Below are positions 23,327 through 36,378 of a DNA stretch of 64,000 bases, piece by piece. A program made the translations under genes and the position numbers. The notes below the pieces were generated by a model. That model was given only the letters and a program-made list of their open reading frames with translations, had not been told where the DNA came from and searched no databases. Each line of letters begins with the position of its first letter. Within the stretch, counting starts at the first letter, position 1. The stretch is from contig CM059432.1 in NCBI GenBank assembly GCA_030390025.1, forward strand, positions 14,820,001 to 14,884,000. Direction: 5' to 3'. The stretch is from Squalus acanthias. Its lineage: Eukaryota.

Positions 23327-25515
23327 CATAATGCAAACTGGCAGCCAACATGTCAGAGGTGGGAAGAGGCTGTGGCGAAGAGGGCACCTGGCAGCTGCTG
23401 TAACATGGGTAGGGGGTGAGAGAGAAACTGGGGCCAGGGCTCGAGCTGGAAGGACGCTGGGGGCCGCAGGGTAGAACAGAATGGGGGACAGGATCGCAAA
23501 GGTGAGCTAGGGATGGGTACTGAGCTGCAAGTGAGTGCCTACTACAGGCGAGCTGGTTAGCTGGTCTTCCTGTTGACGTCCTGATAATCCAGAGCCACCA
23601 CCTTGGCCAGTACTGGTGCGTCCGGGAGCTGCTGCAACATGCTTGGGTGATGAAGGAAACTGGGAATTTCAAGCCTGGACAAGAGCAGGAGCTTCGGCTG
23701 AGAGGTAGCAGATTAGCTCAGAGTAGATGAGAGAGGGGGTGCAGCTAAGAAGACAAGAGGAACCCCGAGTTAGTGAGTTTGCTGGCACATGGCCCTAATC
23801 TGATGTCTTAGCAGAGAGGCAACAAATCTACAGTGGGAACAGGTATGGGGGGTCCCTACTTTCAAGGTGGCAGGATGTGAGGCAACTGGACTGGAAAACA
23901 GTATCAGAGAGCCAAGCAGTGCAAAATGGATGTCTTGCCCAAAACAGAGCAGCAAAAGTGAGGCATGGAGCCTGGGAGAGCAGCAGGAGTGGGGTGTGGG
24001 CCCAGGGAGAGTGGCCAGAACTAGAAACACAGGGTGGGCCTCTGTAGGAGGGAGGGGAGCAGAATCACAATTAAACTACTTGGGCAGGTCTTGGTTAGAG
24101 GAACGAGTGGAGCTGGAACTGGAGCTGAAGCTGAAGCATTTAGCACCTGCCCAAGAGCGGAAGGCGAGCAGAAGAGCAACACTTGGGCCATCCTGGGGGC
24201 AAAGCAGAGGATAGCCAGTATGGGTGAAGTTCCTTGCAGGATTAATTGGGGGGGTGGATAAATATCACAGACCACATAAATATCACAGATCACATTCGGT
24301 TGGTCTGTGGTGTCAGCTGATTAGCATGGACTTACCCGCAATATTAGAAGCTCACTGTACCATTAAAATCACACAATATTACAGGAACATAGACTGGATT
24401 TTTGAATGAGTTAAAGATGTACATAGATAGATGGACAGATTGAGGGTGGTTGGGTGGATGGACTGAAAGCCAGATAGATATTTCTCCCCCCACTTTTGGT
24501 CTTATTTAAGTTTATTCAGCAGTCTCAAACTCAGGGGGGCAATGAGCTACTCGGAGTTTTGCAACATTGACGCAGTTTGACTCACCATCGATTTCTCTTT
24601 TTCCGCTTTCTCCACTGTCCTGAGCTGATGTCTTAACAGGGAGGCGACACAGCTGCAGTGGGAACAGGGGTGAGGTTTGCCAGATTGGAGCCTGAGATCA
24701 AGAATTTTGATTGGCCTGTTGATCGAGAAGGAATGGTGAAGAACCACAGTCGGTCCTTCTGGAGCGGCCACTCCAAATATGGCTGTGCGGCCCCGCACAC
24801 TCACGGAGCACCGGAGAGCACCAGACTGCTTTGGCATTTTACCTTTCCTCGCCTGTTCTTTAAAAGCAGCTATATACGCACACCGACCAAAATATTCACA
24901 AAGGACTTTCGGGAATGATCTCGGCCTTTCAAAGAACCGGAATGGTTTGTAAACATGCAGCAAGACAAACGTGAAAGCTTCACACCTTGGAGATACTGAA
25001 CTGCTGAAGACAGCACTGGAGTGAAGCCGAGCTGCCAATCTGATATCAAAATGCCTGGGTCACATAATCATGCAGTAAAATTGGTTTAACCTCACTGATC
25101 TTTTTGAAAAGAGAGATTCTTTCGCTGTGTATTGGAAAAAAAACCACATTAGCTGGACAATAAGGGAACGTGCTTCATTTCACTTGTGGATAACTCCAGC
25201 GCTCGGGAGCTCTGAGGGCTGCGGGAATTTGAATGTCATCAGAACACAACAGAATGGAGCTGAAAAGAATTTTTATCATCAGCTCAGCACCCCCAGCTCC
25301 GAGCCTTTCTTATATTTGTTGTGAATTTCGTGCTTACCATGGTGAGGGGAATGGGACACTTTTCCATTTCCGGCTCCGGTGTCAGGACTGGGTCCGATAT
25401 AGCCGAGATAGATACAGAACAAAGCTCCCTCTACTCTGGCCCAACAGTGTGCCTCAGTCCCAACCTCAACGGCACCCCTAACAGCAAGTTTTCCATTTTA
25501 TACATGAGCCATCCT

Positions 25516-25780
25516 GGACAGAGATGAGGAAGAATTTCTTCACCCAGAGAGTGGTGAACCTGTGGAATTCTCTACCACAGAAGGTAGTTGAGGCCAAGTC
25601 ATTAAATATATTCAAGAATGAGTTAGATACATTTCTTAAAGCTAAAGGTATCAAGGGATATGGGGAGAAGGCAGGGACAGGGTACTGAGTTTGGATGATC
25701 AGCCGTGATCTCATCGAATGGCGGAGCAGGCTCGAGGGGCCGAATGGTCTACTCCTGCTCCTATCTTCTATGTTTCTATG
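25516..25780 (+). mobile_element. CR1 3' end
   Basis: Nearly identical to 61334-61598, with (tctatgtt) tail. Confidence 0.85.
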
Positions 25781-26874
25781 GATCCTCTCTGAATGAGGGT
25801 GACTATTAACTACAGTTTTGTAAGTGCGGGACCATGTCAATTAGGAACTGGAGCCATACTCACGAGGAACTGGCTTTCGACTTCCCACCATGTCATAGCA
25901 TAGAAGCCTTACAGCTAGTAGACTAAGGAGACGTTCATATCATTAAGCAGGCTGATTTGAACCCCTGTCCTAGAAACAAAAGGCCATTGTCTAACTGCAC
26001 ACACCCAGTGTCTCATCCTACCTTCATATTAGAAAGAAATATAATTTGAGAAAACTACACTGAATTGGAGTTTTGAACAGACAACCCTTTTATTTCAGGT
26101 TACCTGACTAAAGAGCACCAATCTTAATCCAAGGTCACACAACCAGAAACTCCACAGGTAGACCTGAAATAAGCAGTCAGTCGCACACTCATGTCTGCTC
26201 CAGCCAAATACAAGTTCTGGAAAAAATGAGCTGCGTATCAAACATAATATTAGATTGTGGTTTCAGTCTGAGCCAAAATAGTAGCATGAGTTAAGCCTTT
26301 GAACGCCTGTTCCTATCCTATGATATGTTCATTATCAAAATAAATTGGGGCACAAGCAATATCTCTCTAAACCACCAAGCTACATGGTGCACCTTGTATC
26401 AGACTTCACCAACTGCCAGAGAGATGTATGCCTTTAAACCACATGGCATTAGATACATTAACCTTTCCCAAAGTTCCAGGGAAACATTAACCTTTCCCAA
26501 AGTTCCAGGGAAATCAAACATTTGCCCCCCACGCCCCACGTGGGGGGCAAATCCTCTTCCAAATTTAAGAAGCACAACTAAGCACCAACCAAATTCTTGA
26601 TTTGGTAGATTAAATCTACTCAACTTTGCTAATGCCATATATACAGTGAGATGAATGGAGCTTTGCACTTTTTGAAAAGAGTAAAAACAAAATGGCATCC
26701 CCATGCACAAAACTGGTCCACTGCTCCTACATTGCAGCGTGTTCTGAAAGAGCTATTTGTGAATGTCTACATTTTGATCCAATTCACATTGATTTGGATT
26801 TTAAAAATGTTTTGAAACTTTTTTTTTTACAGAAGACAGGTAAATATTCATTAGACCATGATACTTAGACCTTA

Positions 26875-27260
26875 AACATTCACTCCCTCCACCACCAGCG
26901 TACCGTGGCTGCAGTGTGTACCACCTACAAGATGCACTGCAGCAACTCGCCAAGGCTTCTTCGGCAGCACCTCCCAAACCAGAGACCTCTTCCACCTAGA
27001 AGGTGAAGGGCAGCAGGCGCATGGGAACACCACCACCTCCAAGTTCCCCTGCAAGTCACACACCATCCTGACTTGGAAATATATCGCCGTTCCTTCATCG
27101 TCGCTGGGTCAAAATCCTGGAACTCCCCCCTTAACAGCACTGTGGGAGTACCTGCACTGAACGGACTGCAGCGGTTCAAGGCGGCGGCTCACCACCACCT
27201 TCTCAAGGGCAATTAGGGATGGGCAATAAATGCTGGCCTTGCCAGCAACGAATAAAAAAA
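26875..27260 (+). mobile_element. LINE (CR1-like) 3' fragment
   Basis: atctacaagatgcactgcagcaactcgccaagg-like core and aattagggatgggcaataaatgctggcc tail, as at 41230-41600. Confidence 0.65.
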
Positions 27261-27264
27261 ACTA

Positions 27265-27907
27265 GGGCTAGAAAATCAGGGGGCGCAAATGACTTTTCGC
27301 CCGGGTGCGGTGCCACTAATGACTCCCACTAAATTCAGCGGGAGTTAGCGACGGCGGTAACCGTTAGCGCCCCACTCCGCTGCACAGGCAATGATGATGT
27401 CATTACCATGCGCAGCGCCCCGTTTTTGCCTCGCCTATGAAATTGGCCTGTGCCCCCTGAATCGGCGCCGGGCAATGACAGTGACCGATTCAGGGGGCGG
27501 GAACGGAGCGGCAGGAGGCTCACGGGGCGCTGACTAAAGGGGAGGTGGTGGGCGGGGGGGAAAAAAATCGGCTTACTTACTTGTCGCGGCCTGTTGCGTC
27601 TTTGAACATGGGGTCCGTGCCGCGATCTGGCAGTGCCGGGCTGCTGTCATGGCACCCCGCTCCCCAGTGGTCCAGGTAGGGCCCGGCAGAGTTGTGGGCT
27701 TGGGCCTTCCCCTTTAATGAGGGGAAGAGCCCTACCATGCGGCAGCGCTACGTGGTCCAGTGCGTAGCGCTGCAGAATGCACCGCCTCGAATTAGCGCTC
27801 CACCTCCCTCTTGGGCCGCTAAAACTGAAGTTAGTGATCGCTGGCGCTATTTTTCGCCGGGTGCTAAATTTAGCGCCCCAAAATGTTCGCTAACAAATTT
27901 TTCCCCC
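27265..27907. mobile_element. Harbinger-type MITE
   Basis: CpG-rich gcgcta repeats, ggg..gaaa / ttt..ccc ends. Similar in reverse orientation to 43909-44498. Confidence 0.55.
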
Positions 27908-28342
27908 TTCGCCTATTTGGGCATCACTTGAGGTCCAAGGAGCCATGATTTATTCATAGTCGGTTCTCCCTCCATCTCAACTATTTTCATTACCCTGCTG
28001 GAAGACTCCAAGCTATATCAAGTTAAGTGGACCACATCATCCTTTCTACCTTGCACTCGAATGCAAACCTCTCCCTTTATCACATCTCTCTTGGTCCATA
28101 GGGATTCAGCCCACAGAGACAGGAACATTCCAAGTTCAATCTCCAGTCTGTGATGTGTTAGATGGTTTTAGCAGAGCAATGTTAAAGTTTGTTCCAGTGC
28201 TCCTATGCTATGGTGAAAGGGAAATCAGTGAGGATTCTTAATCCGGATCCCTATCCATTGACCTAGTGTAAGATGTGTAGACATTGGTTGAGAACAGCAT
28301 TGGGATCAGTTGTCTCCCTCTCTTTGGTCGAACACTCTGATT

Positions 28343-28914
28343 TGTAAGAACACACGATTTGCTATAACTTTTGCTGTAACTTGACCAAACTTAAAAGTTG
28401 ACTACATTTTATGTACCATCATGCTTCGCGAGGACAAAAGACTGGTTGCTGTGAGAACTTTGCAAAATAAGATGCTGTGGTTGTTTAGCTGCCAATTGTC
28501 TTTCAACAGATAAGGAAAACAGATTTTGAAAGTTCTGTGGGAACGGACTACTGAGCTGTGGAATTAGTGCAAAAACAGAAACATCTTCAGACTATGGAAT
28601 GTGACCGGCCGTGAAGCCCGCGGATGCTTAACGGACTATTGATGAGAGGAAGAGAAAAGCAACTAATGCCGTATAGTTAGGGACACGTATGCAGTGGGAG
28701 GGTTGCCAGGTTTTGGGGTATAAAAGATGCTGTAAATTGACCGCTCGGGGCTGCAGCCGAGCGACCTGGTCAGTTGCCAGAAATCACATGTCTAGTCACT
28801 GCCGGATTGACCACTCGCTGGTGTTTTGTACGTATGTGGGGTTTTGCTTGAGCTTAAAGTAAAGGGATAGCTCCATGTATGCTGAGGTATAATTGGGAAT
28901 TATTATACGCTACA
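28343..28914 (+). mobile_element. Possible solo LTR
   Basis: Starts TGTAAG and ends CTACA. Internal TATAAAA (~28718) and AGTAAA (~28858), locally CpG-richer. TSD is unconvincing. Confidence 0.35.
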
Positions 28915-29774
28915 TAACTGTCGGATGCTTACTTGTAATCTCTTGCTGATTTTTTTAAGTAAAAGAAGCTTTTCCACAGATTCATTGGGGTTTGTGTTGT
29001 CTGTTCGACGGGTCTGAACCTTGAAAACTGTTGGACGGAGTGAGGGGCAATTTCTGCACGTCTTACATATTTCAAATTAGCAGCATCTACAGCTGTTCTT
29101 TTCATCTTCAAGTAAAAGACCTAAAATTATTATTAATGTATGGTGTAGGAGCGAGCATAGAATATAATGCTGCTGATTTCACTGCCTTGGTAATTCCCTC
29201 AACCCCCCGCCACATATGTAAAACCAATCTTGCTGTCTAGGTTAATCACTTTTAATTGTAATGCCACATCGAAGCACATGTTTGAAATTCGGGAATATGA
29301 CATATTATCTGGAAACCTCACTTTAGTTGAAAATCCGCATGATGCTACATGTTACAACTGCCTGCAGGGTTCAAACTCTTAACTGTTCAGACAATTCACT
29401 TCCTTTGCTATTTCTGGTTCATGGTCATTTAAAGGCTTCATTATTTTAATCTGAATAAACACTGGCATAAAAGCCTGGTGTGGTCCGACAATTCTGTCTT
29501 TGAGAAAGGCATTGCTTCCTGTTTCGAGGCCAACGAAAATAAGGCCAAACGTTTTCTTAATTTCTCTGTTTGTGAAGGTGCTGACCCATTCTGAGGTAGG
29601 GTTCCCTACGTGCTCCTCTGGTACCTCATCAAGTGGCCATTCCCAGATGTGGACTAAGACAGTGAGAACCCAAAACTTTGATCGGTCTGCTTTGCCAGCA
29701 GAACCGCAGCACAGCAGGCCATATGTCCACTGATGGCCTAAGATGGAGATTCCATCCTAAATGGGGTAATTAAA

Positions 29775-30160
29775 GAAAAAACTTGCATTTATATAGCGTC
29801 TTTCACAACCTCGGGATAGCCCAAAGCGCTTTACAGCCCATGAAGTACTTTTGAAGTGTAGTCACTGTTGTAATGTAGGAAATGCGGCAGCCAATTTGCA
29901 CACAGCAAGCTCCCAAAAACAGCAATGAGATGAATGACCAGATCATCTGTTTTTTAGGTGTCAGTTAAGGGATAAATATTGGCCAGGACACAGTGAGAAC
30001 TCCCCTGCTCTTCTTCGAATAGTGTCACTGGACCTTATACATCCACCTGAGGGGTCAGAGGTAACGTCACATCCGAAAGACGGCACCTCCAGCAGTGCAG
30101 CACTCCCTTAGTACTGCACTGAACTGTCAGCATGGATTATGTGCTCAAGTCTCTTGAGTA
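29775..30160 (-). mobile_element. DeuSINE/SacSINE1-like SINE (head truncated)
   Basis: Reverse complement of the SINE at 35460-35930, with L2-like tail. Confidence 0.75.
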
Positions 30161-30342
30161 TGACAGAAGGGAGGTAATCGATCCCCTTCAAGATTGGTTC
30201 CTTTCCTCTGTAGACCTCTGGGGCCTTTCAACGGGTTCAACAGAACTCATCCGAGCTCTCAGTTGGCATGAGTTCCACCGAGGTCTCATGGCATACAGGG
30301 CAGAATTCCTGGAATAGGCCAGGAACTCCCTCAGACACTAAT

Positions 30343-30822
30343 ATGATAGCAAAATACTGCGGATGCTGGAAATCTGAAATAACAACAGAAAACGCTGGAA
30401 AAACTCAGCAGGCCAGGCAGCATCCGTGGAGAGAGAAGCAGAGTTAATGTTTCAGGTCGAAGACCTTTCGTCAGAACTGGAAAAAGCAGGAAATGAAATA
30501 GATTTAAGGCAAGGATAAAGCTGGGAAAAGGGGGAGGGGATGAAAGAACAAAAGGAGAGATTAAGAGACGATCAAGGCAAGAGGAGGTGTTGATGTAACA
30601 GGTTGAGGCTAAAAGAAGTGTGAAATGCACTGGCAGAATGAAGGACAGCTGCCAGCTTCTAGGAGGAAAAAAAAAGAAGGGGGGGGGCCAAACAAAAGGG
30701 TGGATGAAAAAATAAAATATAAATGTGATAGGGGCTAGGTTATGATCTAAAATTGTTGAACTCGATATTGAGTCCAGAGGGCTGTAGGGTGCCTAAACGA
30801 AAGATGAGGTGCTGTTCCTCGA
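30343..30822 (-). mobile_element. Penelope-like element 3' end
   Basis: Reverse complement of 57575-58070, including the hammerhead core. Confidence 0.8.
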
Positions 30823-31176
30823 CATGTTCCTTTGGTGGTTCCAAACATGGTTTCCCTCCAAAGTAAAATGACTCTCTGTGCAACATGGGCACCAAGTTCT
30901 ATCCTATTTTCCGGCCTCTGATCTGGAGATGGACTGGGATTCTACCTCGCCTCTGCAGGGTCATCACAGCCAAGCTGGATTCTGTCCTCACCCAGCATCC
31001 AGAAACAGTACTTTTCATCAGAAGTACTGGATAACAACCAGGAGTCAGAACCATGGCTGATTTTAATCCTCCCTAGTCCAGGGGCACTGAGACCAAATGT
31101 AACTGAGATCCTACAGACCAGGCATCACACTAGGACTTTCCCCTGATCTATGTGGCTCGGTTATATACCAGTCAAT

Positions 31177-31922
31177 GGGCCGTATATTCCGATCCCTACG
31201 GGTGTGTACGCGCTGTGTACACACCTGTAGGGACACCGGAAATGCCGGTTTCAGGCAAACCAAGCGCATGCGCTGAAAACCGGCATTTCTGATCAGTCAA
31301 GAATGCTCTTGACAGATCGGACGCCTGCCCTGGAGAAGGGCCTCTGCGGGCGGATAGTTCCGCTTTCTGGAGAACCTCCGCCCGCAGAAAACCCTTAGAA
31401 ATCTTACGCCTGATAAAAGCAGGCGTAAGGCCTGCTTTTACCAGCATAAGAGTTGAAAAAAGTTTAAAAAATTTTTTTCACTCATTTATCATTTAAAAAT
31501 ACTTTTAAAAAAGGTAAGCTTATTTTTAGTCCCGTAAAAAACTTCAATTCTTTTTTTCAAAAAATTAACTTTTTGTTTAAAATATTTAATTTATTGTAAT
31601 TTCAACTCATTTTAAAAATGTGATTTAAAAAAATATATATTTATTGTTTTAGTGTTTTTGGGGTGATCTCCATTCATATATTTGACAGGTCTATCTGTCA
31701 AGTGTATGAAGGGAGATACCCTTCTTTGATTGGCTCCCCATGGCCCACTTGATCCCAGGGACGCTGCGAACCGCCTGCGCCTCTGGGATACGTGGGCCCT
31801 GCACATTTCGAGTCGGAGAGGCCCAGGAACGGAAGTACACGCACCTCGGGAAAGTCCGTAGATTTTTTCCAGATCGGAGGCCTCCGCACGCGGGAAGCCT
31901 CCTGATCGGAAAATACGGGCCC
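31177..31922. mobile_element. Harbinger-type MITE (family A)
   Basis: TIRs gggccgtatattccgatc / gatcggaaaatacgggccc. Internal AT-rich block shared with 15700-16241. Confidence 0.78.
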
Positions 31923-33512
31923 AGTGCATTTACCCACTAAACCACTGGGGGAAGCGTAACACCAACCTATCTGTACGGCAACATGAGCTACCACTTCGCA
32001 GTCCACTGTTAAGTTTAACCCTGCCGTACATTACTTCAACTGGCTTCTTGTTCGAGTGACTTGCAAGTCGGAGTTGCAGATTGATGTGCTACAGTGATAG
32101 ATGTTTTCATTAATTCTGGGAACTCTTAGTATGTGTCAGGTTAAAGCAGTGCAAGCGTGAAAAATCTGCCGTTTTGCATCATGAAAAAAAACCAACAGAA
32201 TGCAGCAGCTCCTGCATTTTTGTTCCCCCCCCCCTGCTCCCCGCTCACTTAACCCAGGCTGTGCGATAACTCATCGCCTCACCTGACTCCTTCACAGGAG
32301 TCTATTTGTCACTGCCAAGTCCAATCTGCTTCAGTTATGTTACGCTGAAGGCTCGGAGGAGGAATCCTCTCCCCTGCGACGTGCGTGGTAAACTAAAGAT
32401 AAACTAGCCTGTTTTATAATACATCAAACCCCGGCCTCCTAGCTCCCATTGGTGTGGTAGCAGGCTCAATTCCATGAATATAATGAACATCGCCATCCTG
32501 CAGACTATTAAGGAAAATAAATCACTTTTTTTTTGTGCTAATGAACAGATCTTATTAACGTTGTATAGAGTGGTAATTCTTACCGATGTTCCTGTTCCTG
32601 CACCTGGGGCTGTTAGGTTGCGAATACAGGAGAATCAGTTGGAGGGGAGCACACACACGCCTGTAAGCGAGCACCCCTGATTTTCCTTCCATTTATATCA
32701 AGGGATGAAAAATTGGGCCGGTACCATTACGGTGCACTCGGCCCCACCGATTTTCCTGTACTCGTTGTGCCCAGGCGATCCAATAGCCCCAAACGCAGGA
32801 ACAGGAAAATCTGTTCCGCAGAAGCTAAATAGCTGGCCTTTGATATAATGCTGCCGGCACCACTGATTTCAGCTTTAGAATTCGTGGGATGGCAGGGCAA
32901 AGTCCCTGCCGCCTCAGGGGGTGCTTTCCTTGTGCCATTAGTGGCGAGTATGACCAGGTCAGCAATAGCCTTTTTGCATTGCCGACCTGAGTAGAGGCGC
33001 CCCAATAACACTGGGGACAGTTCACAGCCAGAAAACAGAAGTCAAGGTCGTGACTTTCAAGCATCCCTGCACATGCACCTCTTTTAGTTTCACTACTGGT
33101 GCTCTGCAGGGTGATTTCCAGAGCCCCATCAGTCAAGAAAGACAAAACCTCTTTTTTTATTCATTCATGGGATGTGGGCGTCTCTGGCTAGGCCAGCATT
33201 TATTGCCCATCCCTAATTGCCCTTGAGAAGGTGGTGGTGAGCCGCCTTCTTGACAACCGAGTGGCTTGCTGGGCCATTTCGGAGGGCAGTTAAGAGTCAA
33301 CCACATTGCTGTGGGTCTGGAGTCACATGTCGGCCAGACCAGGTAAGGACGGCAGATTTCCTTCCCTAAAGGACATTAGTGATCCAAATGGGATTTTACG
33401 ACAATCCGGTAGTTACATGGTCACTATTACTGATGCTAGCTTTTTATTCCAGATTTTTATTCAATTAACTGAATTTAAATTCCCCAGCTGCCGTGGTGGG
33501 ATTTGAACTCAT

Positions 33513-33964
33513 GGGCTCGATTTTAATAACGGAGGCGGGTTGAGGGTGGGCCCGCTGCTCGGCAGCTTTCGGACCCGCACCCGGCTGCTGCCTCCCAGCA
33601 CTTCCGATTTGGCTTCATTGGCCTCGTTCCGGCTGACGTGCGGGTCCCTCCAGGCAATTGCTTGGAGGCTGTCAGTTTCTCGCGTCTGATGACGTGTTGT
33701 TTGTTTGAAAATTTAAAGGGGCCATGTCCCCTTTGCATACAAATGTCATTGGGATGGCTCGGTGCTTTATTATCTTGAAAGGGGAGTTGACAAAATTTTA
33801 TGTTCTGAGCAAAATTTAATGAATGATATTGCTGGTCATATTATTCCAGGAACCGATTCATGATTTTTTGATATATGACTATGAAATGAAAAAGCCATTT
33901 TTTCTGATTTTCGCAGCTGACCCACCTCCAAACCCACCTCCTCGGGGCTATTAAAATCGAGCCC
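33513..33964. mobile_element. Harbinger-type MITE nested in an older repeat (33150-34025)
   Basis: Perfect 16-bp TIR gggctcgattttaata / tattaaaatcgagccc, flanked by cat / cag. Confidence 0.8.
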
Positions 33965-35459
33965 CAGGTCACCGGATCATTAGTCCAGGCCTCTGGATTA
34001 CTAGACCAGTGACATAACCACTATGCACCTCTTGTGCTTGACATCAAGAAACCCTGCAAGTAGGGATGTCACCTTTTCCCCAAGTTCAGAGATGGTCTGC
34101 TGGCATAGGTTTGAGTTCTGATATTGATTTCGATTTTGAAAAATTAGACTTATGGTACCTCAGTTACATCTTGAAAGTTCCGGACATGTCACTCAAAACC
34201 CAGCACAAAAGCAAAATACTGTGGATGCTGGAAATCTGAAATAAAAACCCAGCAATGGCTATGCTTTTACACTCAATTATAATCAATTATTTACTTTGCA
34301 ATAGAGTAGATAAAATGTGCTGCATACCAATAAATGTATTTTCAAAGTACCTTTATCATTGATGAGCCATTGGAGGAGTGTTCATGTCTGTTTTATTAGT
34401 GTAGGGTCAGAAGTGTACTTCCTGTGATGGGGCAGTCTTTCTGCACAGGGGTTCGGTTGACTCTCCCTTAATGCTGGTATCCATTTAGCAATGTGGGTAA
34501 CTGGAGTTCACGTATATAGATAGAGGAGTTTTTTGTTCACTTTTACTGTTATCAGCTTTTTATTTACAGATTTCTTTCTTTTAAACTAGATTCAAATTCT
34601 CAAACTACCATGGTAGGATTGGAACTCATGGAACTACTTAGATTACTAGACCAGCAACATAACCACTACACCATCATACTATTGGATAATTCAATGCTTC
34701 TGTCCTTAAATCTGGCTCCCCCACTGTGAGTGCTAGATTGCACCATTACCTTTTTTATGTCAATGTGTTGTTACCAAAGAACAAAGGAGACTGGTGAAAA
34801 GAAAAGACAAAGCAATTGCCCTGTTATGAGAGAGACCATTTGGCCCCAAAGTTATTTGCACAATCAGACTTTTCCCCTCTGGAATCTTTACGATTGTCAT
34901 ATTTCCAAATCTGCAGAATTAGTGGGGGGGTCACATCTGCCTTCTTGGGTGGATTTGAAAGTTCCAATAGCACTATTCAAAGAAGAGTTCAGGAGAGTTT
35001 GCCCAGTGTCCTGGCTAATAGTTCTCTCTCAACCAGCATTAAAAACTAACTCTCTGGCCATCTACCTCATTGCTATGTGTCAATTTGCTTACAAAACAAC
35101 AGCGACTACGCCTCAAAAGTAGTTAATTGGCTGTGAAGCGCTTTGGGATGTCCTGAGGTTGTGAAAGGCGCTATATAAATGCAAGTTCTTTCTTTTTCTC
35201 TCTTCTATTCCCCTTTACATACCAATTCAGCTTCACACATAAAGGAAAGTCATTTTAAAGTTTTGTAGATTTTCATGATTCCTCTCCTAATATGATCCTC
35301 TTCAGTGTTCCTTTGCACCTAAAAGCCAATTGCTCTAAAGTATTACTTTAACCATTTGATTTTAATGCGGAGTAGGGTTGGCAATTCTCGTTGGATATAT
35401 TCCGCGAGGTTTCATCGCATGACCTCCCACCACCCCGGCGCCACTTTCCCGCCATTGTA

Positions 35460-35930
35460 TCAGCCGTGGCTCAGTGGGCAGCACTCTCACCTCTGAGTCA
35501 GAAGGTTGTGGGTTCAAGTCCCACTCCGGGGACTTGAGCACATTAAAGCTAGGCTGACACTCCCAGTGCAGTGCTGAGGGAGTGCTGCACTGTCGGAGGT
35601 GCCGTCTTTCGGGTGAGACGTTAAACCGAGGCCCCGTCTGCTCTCTCTCAGGTGGACGTAAAAGATCCCACGGCACTATTTCGAAGAAGAGTAGGGGAGT
35701 TATCCCTGGTGTCCTGGCCAATATTTATCCCTCAACCAACATCACTAAAACAGATTATCTGGTCATTATCACGTTGCTGTTTGTGGGAGCTTGCTGTGCA
35801 CAAATTGGCTGCTGCGTTTCCGACATTACAACAGTGATTACACTCCAAAAGTACTTCATTGGCTGCAAAGCGCTTTGAGACGTCCGGTGGTCGTGAAAGG
35901 CGCTATATAAATGCAAGTCTTTCTTTTCTT
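35460..35930 (+). mobile_element. Full-length tRNA-derived SINE (SacSINE1/DeuSINE-like, L2 tail)
   Basis: A box TGGCTCAGTGG, B box GGTTCAAGTCC, central domain shared with other copies, tail aaaggcgctatataaatgcaagtcttt. Confidence 0.85.
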
Positions 35931-36378
35931 TTATTGGTCACCTGATATGTCCATCCTTGCATTGTACCATCTTCCCATGCTGATTGGAAAGCGAGAAGAA
36001 TTATGCTGCTCCATTGGATGACTATCAGTCAAACAGTCTGTTTTGCCATCTCTGAATTCATTTTATGTCCCTGTGATGTTGTTTGTAGCAATGGCTGGTG
36101 ATCTTTAATCTCAGAGACTCCAGGACAATCCGGGAGGGTTGTCGCTCATAATGGTGAGGCTTCACCTTTTAAGCGGGTGCCCTGGTGCCGAATACCCTGT
36201 GGAATCTTTACACATGGCATATTTCAGAAACTACTGGATTAGAGGGGCAGGCCGTCTGAGGCTTTGGCAGAGAGGTATATTACAAAAAAATGGGTCAGCC
36301 ATCCTAGTCTGTCTAATATTCTCAGTGGAGCTCAGCAGCTGATGAAATCACACTGCTCCAAATTCATAATTCATTGTG

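Noticed and set aside
24547..25038. C2H2 zinc-finger gene
   Set aside because: Single imperfect motif with wrong spacing, inside a repeated element.
32584..32662. Possible minus-strand exon ending at GTAAG
   Set aside because: No translation resembles PTPRM.
35460..35535. tRNA gene
   Set aside because: A and B boxes belong to a SINE head that continues into the SINE body and L2 tail.
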